DNA of 64,000 bases, taken from Rhynchopus sp. YZ270_cl-10. Lineage: Eukaryota. Position numbers and translations under genes: made by a program. The stretch is taken from assembly GCA_964035575.1 (NCBI GenBank), contig OZ037845.1:186001-250000 (forward strand), given 5' to 3'. Positions within the stretch are counted from its first letter, which is position 1. Each line of letters begins with the position of its first letter. Shown here in pieces: positions 12,325-25,857 of the stretch. The notes below the pieces were generated by a model. The model was not told the DNA's origin, did no database searches, and saw nothing but the letters and a program-made list of their open reading frames with translations.

Positions 12325-13678
12325 TTACTGTGCAAGCTTTGCTCCCTCAGGGATCTTCAGCTCACGCACGTTCTCCCATGTGAATCCCTTCTCCGAGGTA
12401 CGGCCGAAGTGGCCCATCGCTGCGGTCTCAGAGTAGATAGGGCGGCGAAGGTCCAGCTCGTTGATGATGTCGTACGGGCGCAGACGGAAGTTCTCAAGCA
12501 CGATCTGTGAGTGTGGTGGGAGTGTGATGTGTGGTGAGGTGGTGTTGTGTGATCACATACCGCAAGGGTGCTCTCGTCAGTGTACTTGCCGGTTCCGTAG
12601 GTGTCGACGTGCACGGAGAGCGGCTCGGCAACTCCAATTGCGTACGCAAGCTGCACAAGGCAACGCTTTGCGAGTCCTGCAGACACAATCGACTTGGCGA
12701 TCCAACGTCCGGCGTACGATGCAGACCTGTCCACCTTCGTGGGGTCCTTTCCAGAGAAGGCACCTCCTCCGTGTGCTCCCCATCCACCGTAGGTGTCCAC
12801 AATGATCTTCCTTCCGGTCAGACCAGCGTCTCCCATCGGTCCTCCAATCACGAAACGGCCAGAGGGGTTCAAGTGGTACACGGTCTGTGAGGTGGGTGTG
12901 TTTTTCGTGTGATGTGATGTGATGTGATGTGATGTGGTGAGAGTGTGTGCTGTGTTCATACCTTCTCGTCAAGGAACTTGGCAGGGATCACGTCCTTCAC
13001 AAGCTCCATCAGGTCCGCACGGATCTTCTCGTTCGTCACCTCCTCGCTGTGCTGGGAGGAGATCAGCACACAGTGCACACGCAGAGGTGTCAGAAGCTTC
13101 TTGTTGTCGTGCTCGTCAATCTCGTACTCAACAGTCACCTGGGTCTTGGCATCGGGACGTGCCCAGGCAAGCTTTCCGTTGTTCCTCCACTCGGAGTGAC
13201 GCTGAGCAAGCTGACGTGCAAGCTCGTACGAAAGGGGCATGAGGGTCTCGGTCTCGTCAGTGGCGTATCCGAACATGAGTCCCTGGTCTCCCGCTCCGAG
13301 CTCAGCCTCGTGCACGTACTGTGTGCACTGGCTGATGTCGGGCGACTGCTGCTCAATCGCAACAATAACGTTGCAGGTCTTGTAGTCGAACCCCTTCTCG
13401 CAGTGGTCGTATCCGATCTTCTTCACAGTGCTACGGAGCACGGTCTGGTAGTCAACGTTCGCCTTCGAGGTGATCTCTCCGAACACCATCACCATGCCGG
13501 TCTTGCAGCACGACTCGCACGCCACCTTCGACATGGGGTCCACAGCCAGGCAGGCGTCCAGCACTGCGTCGGAGAACTGGTCACACATCTTGTCGGGGTG
13601 ACCCTCGGTCACGTGCTCCGACGAGAACATGAAGGTGCGCTTTCCGCTGCGTGCAACAGGCTTGACGGAGGTTCCCAT
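12325..13678 (-). CDS. MAT: S-adenosylmethionine synthetase copy 1 (406 aa); introns 12885-12961 and 12505-12560
   Basis: GHPDK, GAGDQG and GGGAFSGKD motifs; two GT-AG introns restore a continuous frame (exons 717+324+180 nt). Confidence 0.97.
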
Positions 13679-14424
13679 TGTGTAGGTGGTGGAGTGTGGG
13701 TCGGTGATGAATCTGTGATGGGAAAGTGCTGGAGGACGTGTCCAAAATACAAGAAGGGGAAGAGGAAGGAATGTAAAACTAAACTTCGTGAATGGATTCT
13801 CTTTCTTTTCAACGTTCCGTCTCCCGTGACGAAGAATGCACTTTGCCGTTACACTCCCTTTCAACAACATATGCAGAACAACTAAACCCTTCACGTTGGG
13901 TGGCAACTTATATGTCCAAGTGCCTTTGAAGGGAGTTGTTGGCATTGCTTGCTCAACAAAGGGGGGTGCAAAGAACAAGCAAACTCCTGCATCGGAAACG
14001 TATTCAGCAAATATAAAAGAGAAACACTGAGAGATGAACGCACCTCACAGAGGCACGAATAATATGAACAACTCATAAGATGACAGTGCCCCGTTGAACA
14101 CAGCATCAAAACAACAAAGGTAGCCGAAGCAAGAAAGCGGAAGTAGATAGTGCGATAGGAGGCACAGAGAGCGGCGTGCTCTGCAAAACAGGAGCATCGC
14201 TCATCGTGCCTGGAAGAGATGAAGGTGGGGTGGAGGGGTGTGCGACACAGATGTCAAGACATGACACAGTATCGAACAGAAAAACTGGCACACTCCTGTG
14301 CACACTTACCAATAAGCAACAGCATAGTCTGCTGCATTGGTAAAGTGCACAACAGAACAGTTGTTTGAAACAACATCATGACCAGAGATTCATGAAAACT
14401 AAATACGGGGAAAAAAATAGCAGC

Positions 14425-15740
14425 TTACTGGGCAAGCTTTGCTCCCTCAGGGATCTTCAGCTCACGCACGTTCTCCCATGTGAATCCCTTCTCCGAGGTA
14501 CGGCCGAAGTGGCCCATCGCTGCGGTCTCAGAGTAGATAGGGCGGCGAAGGTCCAGCTCGTTGATGATGTCGTACGGGCGCAGACGGAAGTTCTCAAGCA
14601 CGATCTGTGAGTGTGGTGGTTGTGTGATGTGTGGTGAGGTGGTGCTGTGTTCACATACCGCAAGGGTGCTCTCGTCAGTGTACTTGCCGGTTCCGTAGGT
14701 GTCGACGTGCACGGAGAGCGGCTCGGCAACTCCAATTGCGTACGCAAGCTGCACAAGGCAACGCTTTGCGAGTCCTGCAGACACAATCGACTTGGCGATC
14801 CAACGTCCTGCGTACGACGCAGACCTGTCCACCTTCGTGGGGTCCTTTCCAGAGAAGGCACCTCCTCCGTGTGCTCCCCATCCACCGTAGGTGTCAACAA
14901 TGATCTTCCTTCCGGTCAGACCAGCGTCTCCCATCGGTCCTCCAATCACGAAACGGCCAGAGGGGTTCAAGTGGTACACGGTCTGTGAGGTGGGTGTGTT
15001 TTAGTGTGATGTGATGTGATGTGATGTGGTGAGAGTGTGTGCTGTGTTCATACCTTCTCGTCAAGGAACTTGGCAGGGATCACGTCCTTCACAAGCTCCA
15101 TCAGGTCCGCACGGATCTTCTCGTTCGTCACCTCCTCGCTGTGCTGGGAGGAGATCAGCACACAGTGCACACGCAGAGGTGTCAGAAGCTTCTTGTTGTC
15201 GTGCTCGTCAATCTCGTACTCAACGGTCACCTGGGTCTTGGCATCGGGACGTGCCCAGGCAAGCTTTCCGTTGTTCCTCCACTCGGAGTGACGCTGGGCG
15301 AGCTGACGTGCAAGCTCGTACGAAAGGGGCATGAGGGTCTCGGTCTCGTCAGTGGCGTATCCGAACATGAGTCCCTGGTCTCCCGCTCCGAGCTCAGCCT
15401 CGTGCACGTACTGTGTGCACTGGCTGATGTCGGGCGACTGCTGCTCAATCGCAACAATAACGTTGCAGGTCTTGTAGTCGAACCCCTTCTCAGAGTGGTC
15501 GTATCCGATCTTCTTCACAGTGCTACGGAGCACGGTCTGGTAGTCAACGTTCGCCTTCGAGGTGATCTCTCCGAACACCATCACCATGCCGGTCTTGCAG
15601 CACGACTCGCACGCCACCTTCGACATGGGGTCCACAGCCAGGCAGGCGTCCAGCACTGCGTCGGAGAACTGGTCACACATCTTGTCGGGGTGACCCTCGG
15701 TCACGTGCTCCGACGAGAACATGAAGGTGCGCTTTCCCAT
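14425..15740 (-). CDS. MAT: S-adenosylmethionine synthetase copy 2 (396 aa); introns 14983-15053 and 14605-14658
   Basis: Same motifs; shorter N-terminus MGKRTF. Confidence 0.97.
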
Positions 15741-16633
15741 TTTGATTTAGTGTTTGTGTTTAGATAACTGTGTGTTGATGATTGTGGAATGGTAAAGCAG
15801 GTGGTGGACATGGGGTCTGAAGAATAAGGTAGGGTCAGAGGGAATGAAAAACAACGGTGAATGGATTCTCTTTCTTTTCAACGTACCGTTCCCGTGACGA
15901 AGAATGCACTTTGCCGTTACACTCCCTTTCAACAACATATGCAGAACAACTAAACCCTTCACGTTGGGTGGCAACTTATATGTCCAAGTGCCTTTGAAGG
16001 GAGTTGTTGGCATTGCTTGCTCAACAAAGGGGGGTGCAAAGAACAAGCAAACTCCTGCATCGGAAACGTATTCAGCAAACATAAAAGAGAAACACTGAGA
16101 GATGAACGCACCTCACAGAGGCACGAATAATATGAACAACTCATAAGATGACAGTGCCCCGTTGAACACAGCATCAAAACAACAAAGGTAGCCGAAGCAA
16201 GAAAGCGGAAGTAGATAGTGCGATAGGAGGCACAGAGAGCGGCGTGCTCTGCAAAACAGGAGCATCGCTCATCGTGCCTGGAAGAGATGAAGGTGGGGTG
16301 GAGGGGTGTGCGACAGATGTCAAGACATGAGACACAGTGTCGAACGGAACAAAATGTGGATAAACAGAAAGTTGGTGAGAAGAACCAGAGTGCTTCGTCA
16401 CCGACTAGTATAAACAAACGTGTTAAAAAATAGTGCAGAATTAAATAGTAAGCGTGGCAAGGTGGTCAAGTCTAGCAGCTTTCCCTGAAACACATATAAA
16501 GCATCATCTACACTTACCAATAAGCAAGCATAGTCTGCTGCATTGGCATAATGCACAACAGAATAGTTGTTCGAAACAACATCATGACCAGAGATTCATG
16601 AAAACTCAATACGAGGAAGAAGAAAATAGCAGC

Positions 16634-17979
16634 TTACTGGGCAAGCTTTGCTCCCTCAGGGATCTTCAGCTCACGCACGTTCTCCCATGTGAATCCCTTC
16701 TCCGAGGTACGGCCGAAGTGGCCCATCGCTGCGGTCTCAGAGTAGATAGGGCGGCGAAGGTCCAGCTCGTTGATGATGTCGTACGGGCGCAGACGGAAGT
16801 TCTCAAGCACGATCTGTGAGTGTGGTGGTTGTGTGATGTGTGGTGAGGTGGTGCTGTGTTCACATACCGCAAGGGTGCTCTCGTCAGTGTACTTGCCGGT
16901 TCCGTAGGTGTCGACGTGCACGGAGAGCGGCTCGGCAACTCCAATTGCGTACGCAAGCTGCACAAGGCAACGCTTTGCGAGTCCTGCAGACACAATCGAC
17001 TTGGCGATCCAACGTCCTGCGTACGACGCAGACCTGTCCACCTTCGTGGGGTCCTTTCCAGAGAAGGCACCTCCTCCGTGTGCTCCCCATCCACCGTAGG
17101 TGTCAACAATGATCTTCCTTCCGGTCAGACCAGCGTCTCCCATCGGTCCTCCAATCACGAAACGGCCAGAGGGGTTCAAGTGGTACACGGTCTGTGAGGT
17201 GGGTGTGTTTTAGTGTGATGTGATGTGATGTGATGTGGTGAGAGTGTGTGCTGTGTTCATACCTTCTCGTCAAGGAACTTGGCAGGGATCACGTCCTTCA
17301 CAAGCTCCATCAGGTCCGCACGGATCTTCTCGTTCGTCACCTCCTCGCTGTGCTGGGAGGAGATCAGCACACAGTGCACACGCAGAGGTGTCAGAAGCTT
17401 CTTGTTGTCGTGCTCGTCAATCTCGTACTCAACAGTCACCTGGGTCTTGGCATCGGGACGTGCCCAGGCAAGCTTTCCGTTGTTCCTCCACTCGGAGTGA
17501 CGCTGAGCAAGCTGACGTGCAAGCTCGTACGAAAGGGGCATGAGGGTCTCGGTCTCGTCAGTGGCGTATCCGAACATGAGTCCCTGGTCTCCCGCTCCGA
17601 GCTCAGCCTCGTGCACGTACTGTGTGCACTGGCTGATGTCGGGCGACTGCTGCTCAATCGCAACAATAACGTTGCAGGTCTTGTAGTCGAATCCCTTCTC
17701 GCAGTGGTCGTATCCGATCTTCTTCACAGTGCTACGGAGCACGGTCTGGTAGTCAACGTTCGCCTTCGAGGTGATCTCTCCGAACACCATCACCATGCCG
17801 GTCTTGCAGCACGACTCGCACGCCACCTTCGACATGGGGTCCACAGCCAGGCAGGCGTCCAGCACTGCGTCGGAGAACTGGTCACACATCTTGTCGGGGT
17901 GACCCTCGGTCACGTGCTCCGACGAGAACATGAAGGTGCGCTTTCCGCTGCGTGCAACAGGCTTGACGGAGGTTCCCAT
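16634..17979 (-). CDS. MAT: S-adenosylmethionine synthetase copy 3 (406 aa); introns 17192-17262 and 16814-16867
   Basis: Same motifs; long N-terminus [16 protein letters not shown]. Confidence 0.97.
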
Positions 17980-18272
17980 TGTGTAGGTGGTGGAGTGTGG
18001 GTCGGTGATAAATCTGTGATGGGAAAGTGCTGGAGGACGTGTCAACTGAGAAAGATGCAACAAAGAAAGGGGTGGCGACTATTTGTACCGATCTTACTTC
18101 ATTCATGGACACTGCGGTCTGATGCGAATGAGCCAAGTTGTATATTACACAGAAGTAAAAAAAAATATGAAATATCGTTTTAAGGCACGCTAAGTGCAGG
18201 CTTTATAAAACGCATCATAAAAGCGGAACAATTGTTGGACGTAAGGATTGGTGTGCATAAAAAGGGTGTTTA

Positions 18273-19029
18273 TGGGGAGATCCGGGTGCCCGCAACAACA
18301 ATATTCACAAGCAATCACAAAAAAAAAATCCTCTTCACAAAAAATCACAAACAATCACAAACAAAAAATCTTATTCACACAAAATCACACAAAATCACAA
18401 AAAATAAATCCTATTCACAAAAAATCACAAACAATCACAAAAAATAAATCCTATTCGCAAAAAAACACAAACGATCACAAAAAATCACAAAAATCACAAA
18501 AAATCACAAAAAAAAAAATCCTATTCACAAACAATCACAAAAAATCACAAACAAAAAATCTTATTCACAAAAAATCACACAAAATCACAAAAAATAAATC
18601 CTATTCACAAAAAATCACAAACAATCACAAAAAATCACAAAAAATCACATCCACTTTTTGTGATTTTTTGTGATTTTTTGTGATTGTTTGTGATTTTTTG
18701 TGAATAGGATTTTTTTTTTGTGATTGCTTGTGATTTTTTGTGAATAGGATTTATTTTTTTGTGATTTTGTGTGATTTTTTGTGAATAAGATTTTTTGTTT
18801 GTGATTGCTTGTGATTTTTTGTGAATAGGATTTTTTTTTTTGTGATTGCTTGTGATTGCTTGTGATTTTTTGTGATTTTTGTGATTTTTTGTGATTTGTT
18901 GTGAATAGAATTTTTTTTTTGTGATTTTTTGTATTTATTTTATGTGATTTTGTGTGATTTGTTGTGATTTGTTGTGATTTTTTGTGATTTTTTGTGAATA
19001 TTGTTGTTGCGGGCACCCGGATCTCCCCA
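18273..19029. mobile_element. 757-bp foldback element with internal AATCACAA arrays
   Basis: 38-bp perfect TIR tggggagatccgggtgcccgcaacaacaatattcacaa; arms of tandem aatcacaa / ttgtgatt; 5-bp TSD GTTTA at 18268-18272 and 19030-19034. Confidence 0.9.
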
Positions 19030-19465
19030 GTTTATGACATTTTCGTGGAAAGTGTATACACAACCTGATGTAGCAGCATCCTTAACGTTTACTTTGAGGT
19101 GTATTTTGTTAGGGGTTACGTTGAAAACACAATAGAAAGAAGAAAAGTTTATAAGATGACCCTAAGCTTCTCGTGCTTGGTCACCTAAAGAAAGAAAGGT
19201 TTGGTCAGATGAACTCTATGCTGAAAAGCCACCTGAAATAGCACAGCAAAAACCCAAGGCTGTGTTTTGAATTTTGCGAAAATAATAAAACAGTTTTTTT
19301 GCACCCCACACCAGAGGGGCGAGAATACGCCCACATACGACACACTTTCATCCCTTGTACGTAGCAGAGACGAGAGAAATTGCTCTGGCCTTTATCTTAT
19401 GGCACACAATGTACGACACACTTTCATCACCAACTGACAAAACGAGTGTCATATTTTCTTAACTA

Positions 19466-22400
19466 CTATGCAGTGGCACCAGTCCAGTTCGTCACATCGG
19501 TGGGTACGAGACAGAACCCGTCTGCGTATTGAGGGCCTTTCTTGCCTGTGACAAGCGTGCCTTTGAACCAGTTCCTGTACACTGCGAGTCCCTGCTGTGC
19601 GGTCTGCACGGCGTAGAAGCAGTTGCTGACCCACTCGCTGCCTTTGATAACACCTTCCATCTTGTTGCGGAGGAACCTGCCTGTCACTTTGTCCTTCCAG
19701 TACTGTTCGGTGCCGAAGAGGAGGATGGGCAGTGCGGGTGTTGTGCCCACCTTTCTGCGCACTTCCTCAAGAGCGTACTCGAAGTCAGTCCCGATGCCGC
19801 CTGTGAGGATGATCGGGAAGTCGAGTTGGAAGTCGCTCTGGCGCTCGACAAGCTTCTCGAGCTTGTATGTCATCCACACATCGACGTAGGGGTTGCGCTT
19901 CTGTTCGTTCACGACAGTGCCGTCCTTCGGCGAGAAGTCGCATATGTTCCCACAGGAGAGGAAGCCGCACTTCTGCGCAACACGGTTGCCCACCTCCATC
20001 GCCCCCGGCCCGCCACCGGTGACCAGGGCGAAGGGCTTGCCTGCCTTGATAAGGGGGTGGTCGAACTCCCCCTTCATGTCCTGCATGCCACGGCACAACG
20101 TCTCCAGCTCGCCTTCGAGGTTGCCTTCAAGCAGGTTGCTCCCGTATACACCAAAGGCAGTCGCCTCCGTGTACTCCTGGATCAGGTTCGTCGGGTACAC
20201 CGGCACAAACGCACCATGGTCACGTCCCTTCTTGTGCACGTACTTGAAGATCTTGCGGTTCGCCAAGTCAATGTTCAGCACCTCCACCCCAAAGAGCGAC
20301 AAATCATACAGAAGCGAACGGTCCTCATGCGAGAGGAACATGCCGTGTGTCTGGCTGCAGTACAGGAAGTAGATACGTTTCAGGCAGGCCGACACCTGTG
20401 GAGTGGATGTAACACGACAAGGCATGGGGACAGAGGGAGGGATGGGGTGTACATACCGTGTCCGAGAGCAGCAGGTTCTTCAGAACAGGGGACGTCAGGT
20501 ACTTCGCAAAGAGCACGCCGTGGGAGGTGATGTCACCTACAGAGATCGCCTTCAGGATGCCTGTGTTCAGTGTTTTGCAGGGTATTAGGGTGGTTAAAAA
20601 AACTGGTTTTGAAAACCAGTTTTTCCAAAAACTGGTTTTCAAAAAAAAAAAAAAAAAAACAGAGAAATCTGGAGGGGAAAAAAAAACCGACACTTTTCAC
20701 CAGGCCTTTCTGTAAATGTCGTCCCCAGATTAGGGCGGACTCGATTTTTTTCCCCGCATTTTTTCCCCGCCTGGTAGAACCGTGGTTGAACCACGGGAGT
20801 GCCTTTGGGAAATGGCTGTTCCTTGATTTTTTTTTGCCTGCGGCGCCATTTTTCATTTTTTGCTCCGCAAAAAAGGGTTCGTTTGAGTGGCTCTGTGGTG
20901 TAAAAAGCTAGATTTTTACACCGTACCCTCAAAATTTTTCGCCTGCGGCGCCATTTTATATTATTGTTTTGCTCCGCAAAAAAATATGCAGTCCCAATGT
21001 TCCCAATGTCTACCCTGGGTCAGCAGCGCCGAAAAATATTTTGAAATCTGGATTCCTGGATAAGACACTGACCCCACCCCCGAAAAACCCGAAAAGGGTG
21101 ACTGTGTCCGTCAACGGTGGAGGTTTTCGCCAGAAACACTAGTTTTTGCCGCCCAGGAGAGAAAACCAGAAAAACCAGTTTTTTCCGGGATTTTGGATTT
21201 TCACCCTAATACCCTGGTGTTTTGGACATCAAAAAAAAAACCAACTTCTTCTGAGAAAAAGCTCTGTACAGAGCATGAGGAGGAACACATTCTGCCATAC
21301 CATAGCTGCACTGCTGCCGAATGTATCTGCCGACGTAGTCGCGCTGCTCCTCCGGCTTTGTGATGCCTGGGTACTCCTGCTTGACGGGGTTGGTTGTCAC
21401 CCAGTCGTTCGGCCTGAGGTAGGGCAGCTGCTGCTTCTTGACAATGTAGCAGCACGACTGCTGCTCGGTTACGGGCATCTTCTCGAAGGCGCTGAAGACA
21501 AGATCTGCGTCCTCGAGGGCCTGCTTGAGACCGTCCTCGAAGTAGAGGTGCTCACGCCACGCCTCAAGCTCGTACAGCTCAAGGGGAATGCTTTCTAAGT
21601 AGGTCTGCGGGGCAGAGGTGCCGAAGAAGCAGAACGTGCGTCCCTCCTCCTCCTCCTTGTCCTCCATGTTCAACACAGGCTCCATGATGTCGGACGAACA
21701 GCTGTGCACCCCCTCCGGCAGCAGGTCAGACGCAACCCGGGCATAGCAGTTCCGGATGTACATCGGTGCTGTGCGTACCATCAGCATTTCGCCCTGCACT
21801 GCTAGGCGCGACTGGTCGTGGTTGTGCGTCTGGTGCAGGCGGAGGACGTCCTTGCATGCCTTGCCTGCCTTCAGGGCACGCCCTACCGTGGGGATCACTC
21901 CAGCAACGTCACCTTCGTAGCGCACCACACCTTGGCGAAGGCGGATGTGGAAGATGACCCGCCCATCGCGCTGCTCAGACCACCAGTCTGTGCCCTCCTC
22001 GCCAAGCTCGAGGAGCGGCTTGCCCATACGATCCACACGCCCCACGAGGCGGCGGAGGTACTCCTTATCCTGCACACGCCGGGCAGGCTCCCTGCAGAAG
22101 AGCTTCCCCACCTTTGCGTTCACAGTGATCTGGTCCAGCAGCAGAACACCAATGTGCGAGATCGCGGTGAACTCAACAATGAGGGTGCACCGTGAATTCT
22201 CTGGGTCGAAACAAAGCTCGCGGCCGACACCGTTCACACCGAGCTGAGAGATGGTCGACTTGACGTTGAAGTAGACGTGCATTGAAGGGTCCCATCCTGC
22301 GAAGCGCGAAGAGATCTTCTCGAACTTCACACGCGTAGTGAGCGTACGTCTGTCGCTCGACCTTTCCACCGACGTCACAATACCATCCGGGGTGATCAAA

Positions 22401-22489
22401 TCCCACCTATAATCCTCAAAGTGCCGCCTCGCATTGGTGTAAGAGATGCCCTGCTCAGAGGGCACCGACACGACGTGCGGGTGACACAC
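19466..22489 (-). CDS. Large LOG/SLOG-family (Rossmann nucleotide-binding) protein; introns 20561-21300 and 20396-20456; true start uncertain (possible first exon 22983-23018)
   Basis: C-terminal motifs VTGGGPGAME and TGGIGTDFE; splicing joins QQCSY-G-ILKAISVGD...LLLSDT-VSACLKRIYF in correct phase. Confidence 0.8.
20578..21216. mobile_element. hAT-type MITE (639 bp) inside an intron of the LOG-family gene
   Basis: 15-bp TIR cagggtattagggtg / caccctaataccctg; perfect 8-bp TSD GTGTTTTG (20570-20577, 21217-21224). Confidence 0.92.
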
Positions 22490-25400
22490 ATAAGGGTGGT
22501 ACCTGTGGGAACGTCGCTCATGGGCCTTGAGCCCAAACGCAGGAACTGTAGAGGATTGAATCTTCCTTCCTTTGTGTTGTCTTTTATGTGTGTTTCTGTG
22601 TTGAAGAGTAAGTGAAGCGGGAAAAAAGAGTTCAAGTTGGTGCTAAAACGTATCTCGGCTGAGGGAAAATCGTTTTTCTTTTTGTAGTATCAACAAATGA
22701 ACGAGAGGGGGGGAAAGGACACAAGTCCTGGTACAAAAAAAAATGTAGATAATGAGGGCTAGAAAATGCATGACACCACTCCTCGCTGGAGAGAGATTTG
22801 TTTTTTGCAGAGATAAAGAGTGCTGCATCTTTGTTTGGCAATCACACCAGGTCAATAAATGACAGATTTTGTGCTGACAAACCCCAAGCCTTTCTGTGGT
22901 TAGTCGTCTTTACACAAAAAATTAACCCCCCCTCGCCCCCCCACACAAAAGAACCAGACTTTGTCTTTGTTACTGAACGTACCGTATCATAAGGGGGGTA
23001 TGATGGCCGAACTGCCATCACAGTGTGTGGGTGGGATGGGTGCTGGAGACAGTGTCTGCTGGTCAGTCCCTAGGTCAGTCTTTTGACATTAATGTGCAAA
23101 AATGACTGATATTTGAAGGGCGTGACCCAGGACACGTGTTCATTGTGATGTTTTCGACGGCAAACCCTTTCGGAAATGAAGAAAACGCCATTTTTGTGTG
23201 TTTGATGGAAAAGACACATCACAACATTTTTTAAAAAGGGTTTTTCAAATTTAGTTTGCTTAGAAAAAACCCAACGTGAAAAAAGGATTGTTTTGAGCAC
23301 AAACTAAGAAAGTTTTTGTAAGATGAACCAAAGTCTTATGTTTGGTCACCTCAAATAAGTGCATACCTTATCACTGAGCGTACTCAACGGGTTGTATGCA
23401 AAAAGGAAATTCAAAAATATAGCAATCAGCCAAAAATGTGGATGTGTGTGTGTCTCCCCCTCTTTTCTTGCAGTGTGTTGACATGCAGAAAAGGACGTAG
23501 GACGGGAAAAAAAAATTAAGAAACCTTGTCAAATGAATGCCTCTCTCGTGCGCATTACATCAAATAAAAACGTTGAAAGATGAAAAATGCATCACATTGC
23601 ACATATCTTTCAAAAAGTGAAGATGAATACGAACCTTACCAATTTTAGTCACCTAAAAAACTATTTGTCACTTTCTCCTGATTTTTTTCCAAATCGTTCA
23701 CCACACAAAAGGCAAAAATACACAGAGAAACCTTGGCAGTACTGATACCAATTCGAAGAAAAGCCATATCGACCTTATACAGAAGACTCCTGAAGGAGCA
23801 CACTACAAAACTGTAGTTATTGATGCAGGCACCTCCGACTGACCCACGTACGATGCCAGCCATCCAAATGAAAACATAAGACAAAAAACAAAGTGAAGTT
23901 GACAGTGCAAACGCCTCTGGCGGACGCAGGGCACTGACACCCCGCAGGTTTTGTCGAACCCCGGAGTGTTGTACACAAAGAAAGGTTTGTAAAGATGGAC
24001 CTCGGCCATGTGCTTGGCCACCTTTAAAAATCAAACGAAATTAAACTAACCCCCCAGACAATATTAAAAAAAAGATCGGGTCTTTTGTTTGTGCGCTCAA
24101 AGCCGGGAAAACAAAAAGGTGAAAAAATGTGTTAAACTGAAGTACGGTTGTTGTGGTTAATTGAGTACTCAAAGAAAACAAGCAAGCTTCTGTTTTTTTC
24201 AATCCGTTTTGTTTGCCCTGCAGCGCTGCCTCCAATCTTTTTAGAATTGACAACAAGTTGTTTTATCAAACAAACACAAAAAACAAAAAGACACTCTGTG
24301 TGTAGAGACCACTCTACAACAACAAAACTGTTTCCCCCCCCCCGGCTCCTGAGTGCGAACGCACACAGAGAGTACCAAATGGGGGAAAAGAAAAACACAT
24401 AACAAAACAATTTAGGTGTCACCGTTGCTCAAGCCGCTGTACGCGGACAGGTATTTAGCAAGGAAAGTGAAGAACAAAAAAAAAACTTACAAGACGATCT
24501 GCACAATTGGGCCATCTATGAACGGGAGATATTTTTTCACTAGCTCTCAATAGGCTCTTACAAACTCTCACATCCTGTTACGTGTCTCACGGAGACGATC
24601 ATAGATGGCTCAACAATGAACGCAACATCTTACAAAGAAAGCAAAACCAGTAAGGTGAGTTGGCCTCCTACCAAGGCAACACCTTCTTTTAAACATTCAC
24701 CCACACTCAGGGGCACTTTCCCCACTTCCCTTCTCTCTGCACGAGTGGAGAGGAGAACAAAAAAAATAGCAATGTTTTGACGGAACGGAACAAAAGGGGG
24801 TGTTTTCTTTTTCTTATTTTTGTGTTCGGGAGAGAGAGAGGAGAGATAGGGAAGCACACTGTACTGTGCAGCCACCTCAAAAAAATAACAAAAAAATAAC
24901 AAAAATTGGTAAGATGAACCTAATCGTTTGATTCCCCCACCTTTGTTTGTTGCCCTAGGAACTTGAAAGGTAGGGGGAAACACACACAAGAATCTTTCAT
25001 AAAAAAAAAAATCGGGTCGCTTGTACGCAGAACAAAATGAAAAGCTGTTGGTTGATTTTTCGGCTACCTCTTGGTGACCATATCCATAATTTTCCATTAT
25101 TCCGTAATCTGGGGGAATATTCGGGCTGAAGGCTTATGTATGAATCCACACAACGACAGGTACAGCAGTAACAAAAAAAAAAAAAGAGGAAATGACAAAC
25201 CAGACAAAATGGTAGGGCTCGGGTAGGTAAGCAAAGTTGTTTCGTTGATTGCACAATCCTCCTCCACGTCAGACAAAAAGGTTGCCACCGCAAAAAAAAG
25301 CCTTTGCCGCTAACAGATAAACCAGAAGCGTCATGATTCTTAGATGGTTGTCGAAGAACATAATAAGAGGAACGTATGTCACGTGCACACATCTAAAACT

Positions 25401-25857
25401 GTAGTTGGCACCTCCGACTGACCCACGTACGATGCCAGCCATTCGGATGAAAGCACAAAAGTACCCTGCGGCCTACAACAGTAGATGAATAAAATAAAAC
25501 TTGAAAGATGAATGTGTCTCTCGTGCACACCCAACTAACAGAAAACAACGCCCCCCTCTCTTAGTGTTGATATTTATTTATTTTTGCTAAGACAGTCTGA
25601 AAAGGCCTGTGGGCACTTTGAGACGCTTTTTACGTCTTCTTTACACCTTTGAACACTGTAAAAAGACCCTTGAAAAATCGTTGACGTAGCATCATGCTAA
25701 TATATAACCCCCTTTTGTTTACAACTTCAAAAAAAATGTTCGTTTTTTTGGGTGTTTTATGAAAACACCCAAAACACTCAAAATATTGTTGTTCAGTTTT
25801 TGGGCTGTCTCAAAAACATTACCGAAGAAACCAGGGGGATATTTGAAAAAGAAAAAA

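Noticed and set aside
11900..17262. METTL16-type UACAGARAA SAM-sensing hairpin in MAT introns or 3' UTRs
   Set aside because: Acceptors read UCACAG/ACC and UCACAG/AUC; the only TACAGAAA I noticed (~12177) is on the non-coding strand
18232..19016. Lys/His/Thr-rich ORFs
   Set aside because: Translations of the foldback element's AATCACAA arrays
23807..23825. Similarity of minus-strand AACTACAGTTTTG to a spliced-leader sequence
   Set aside because: Only ~10 nt of similarity, with no SL exon end or donor
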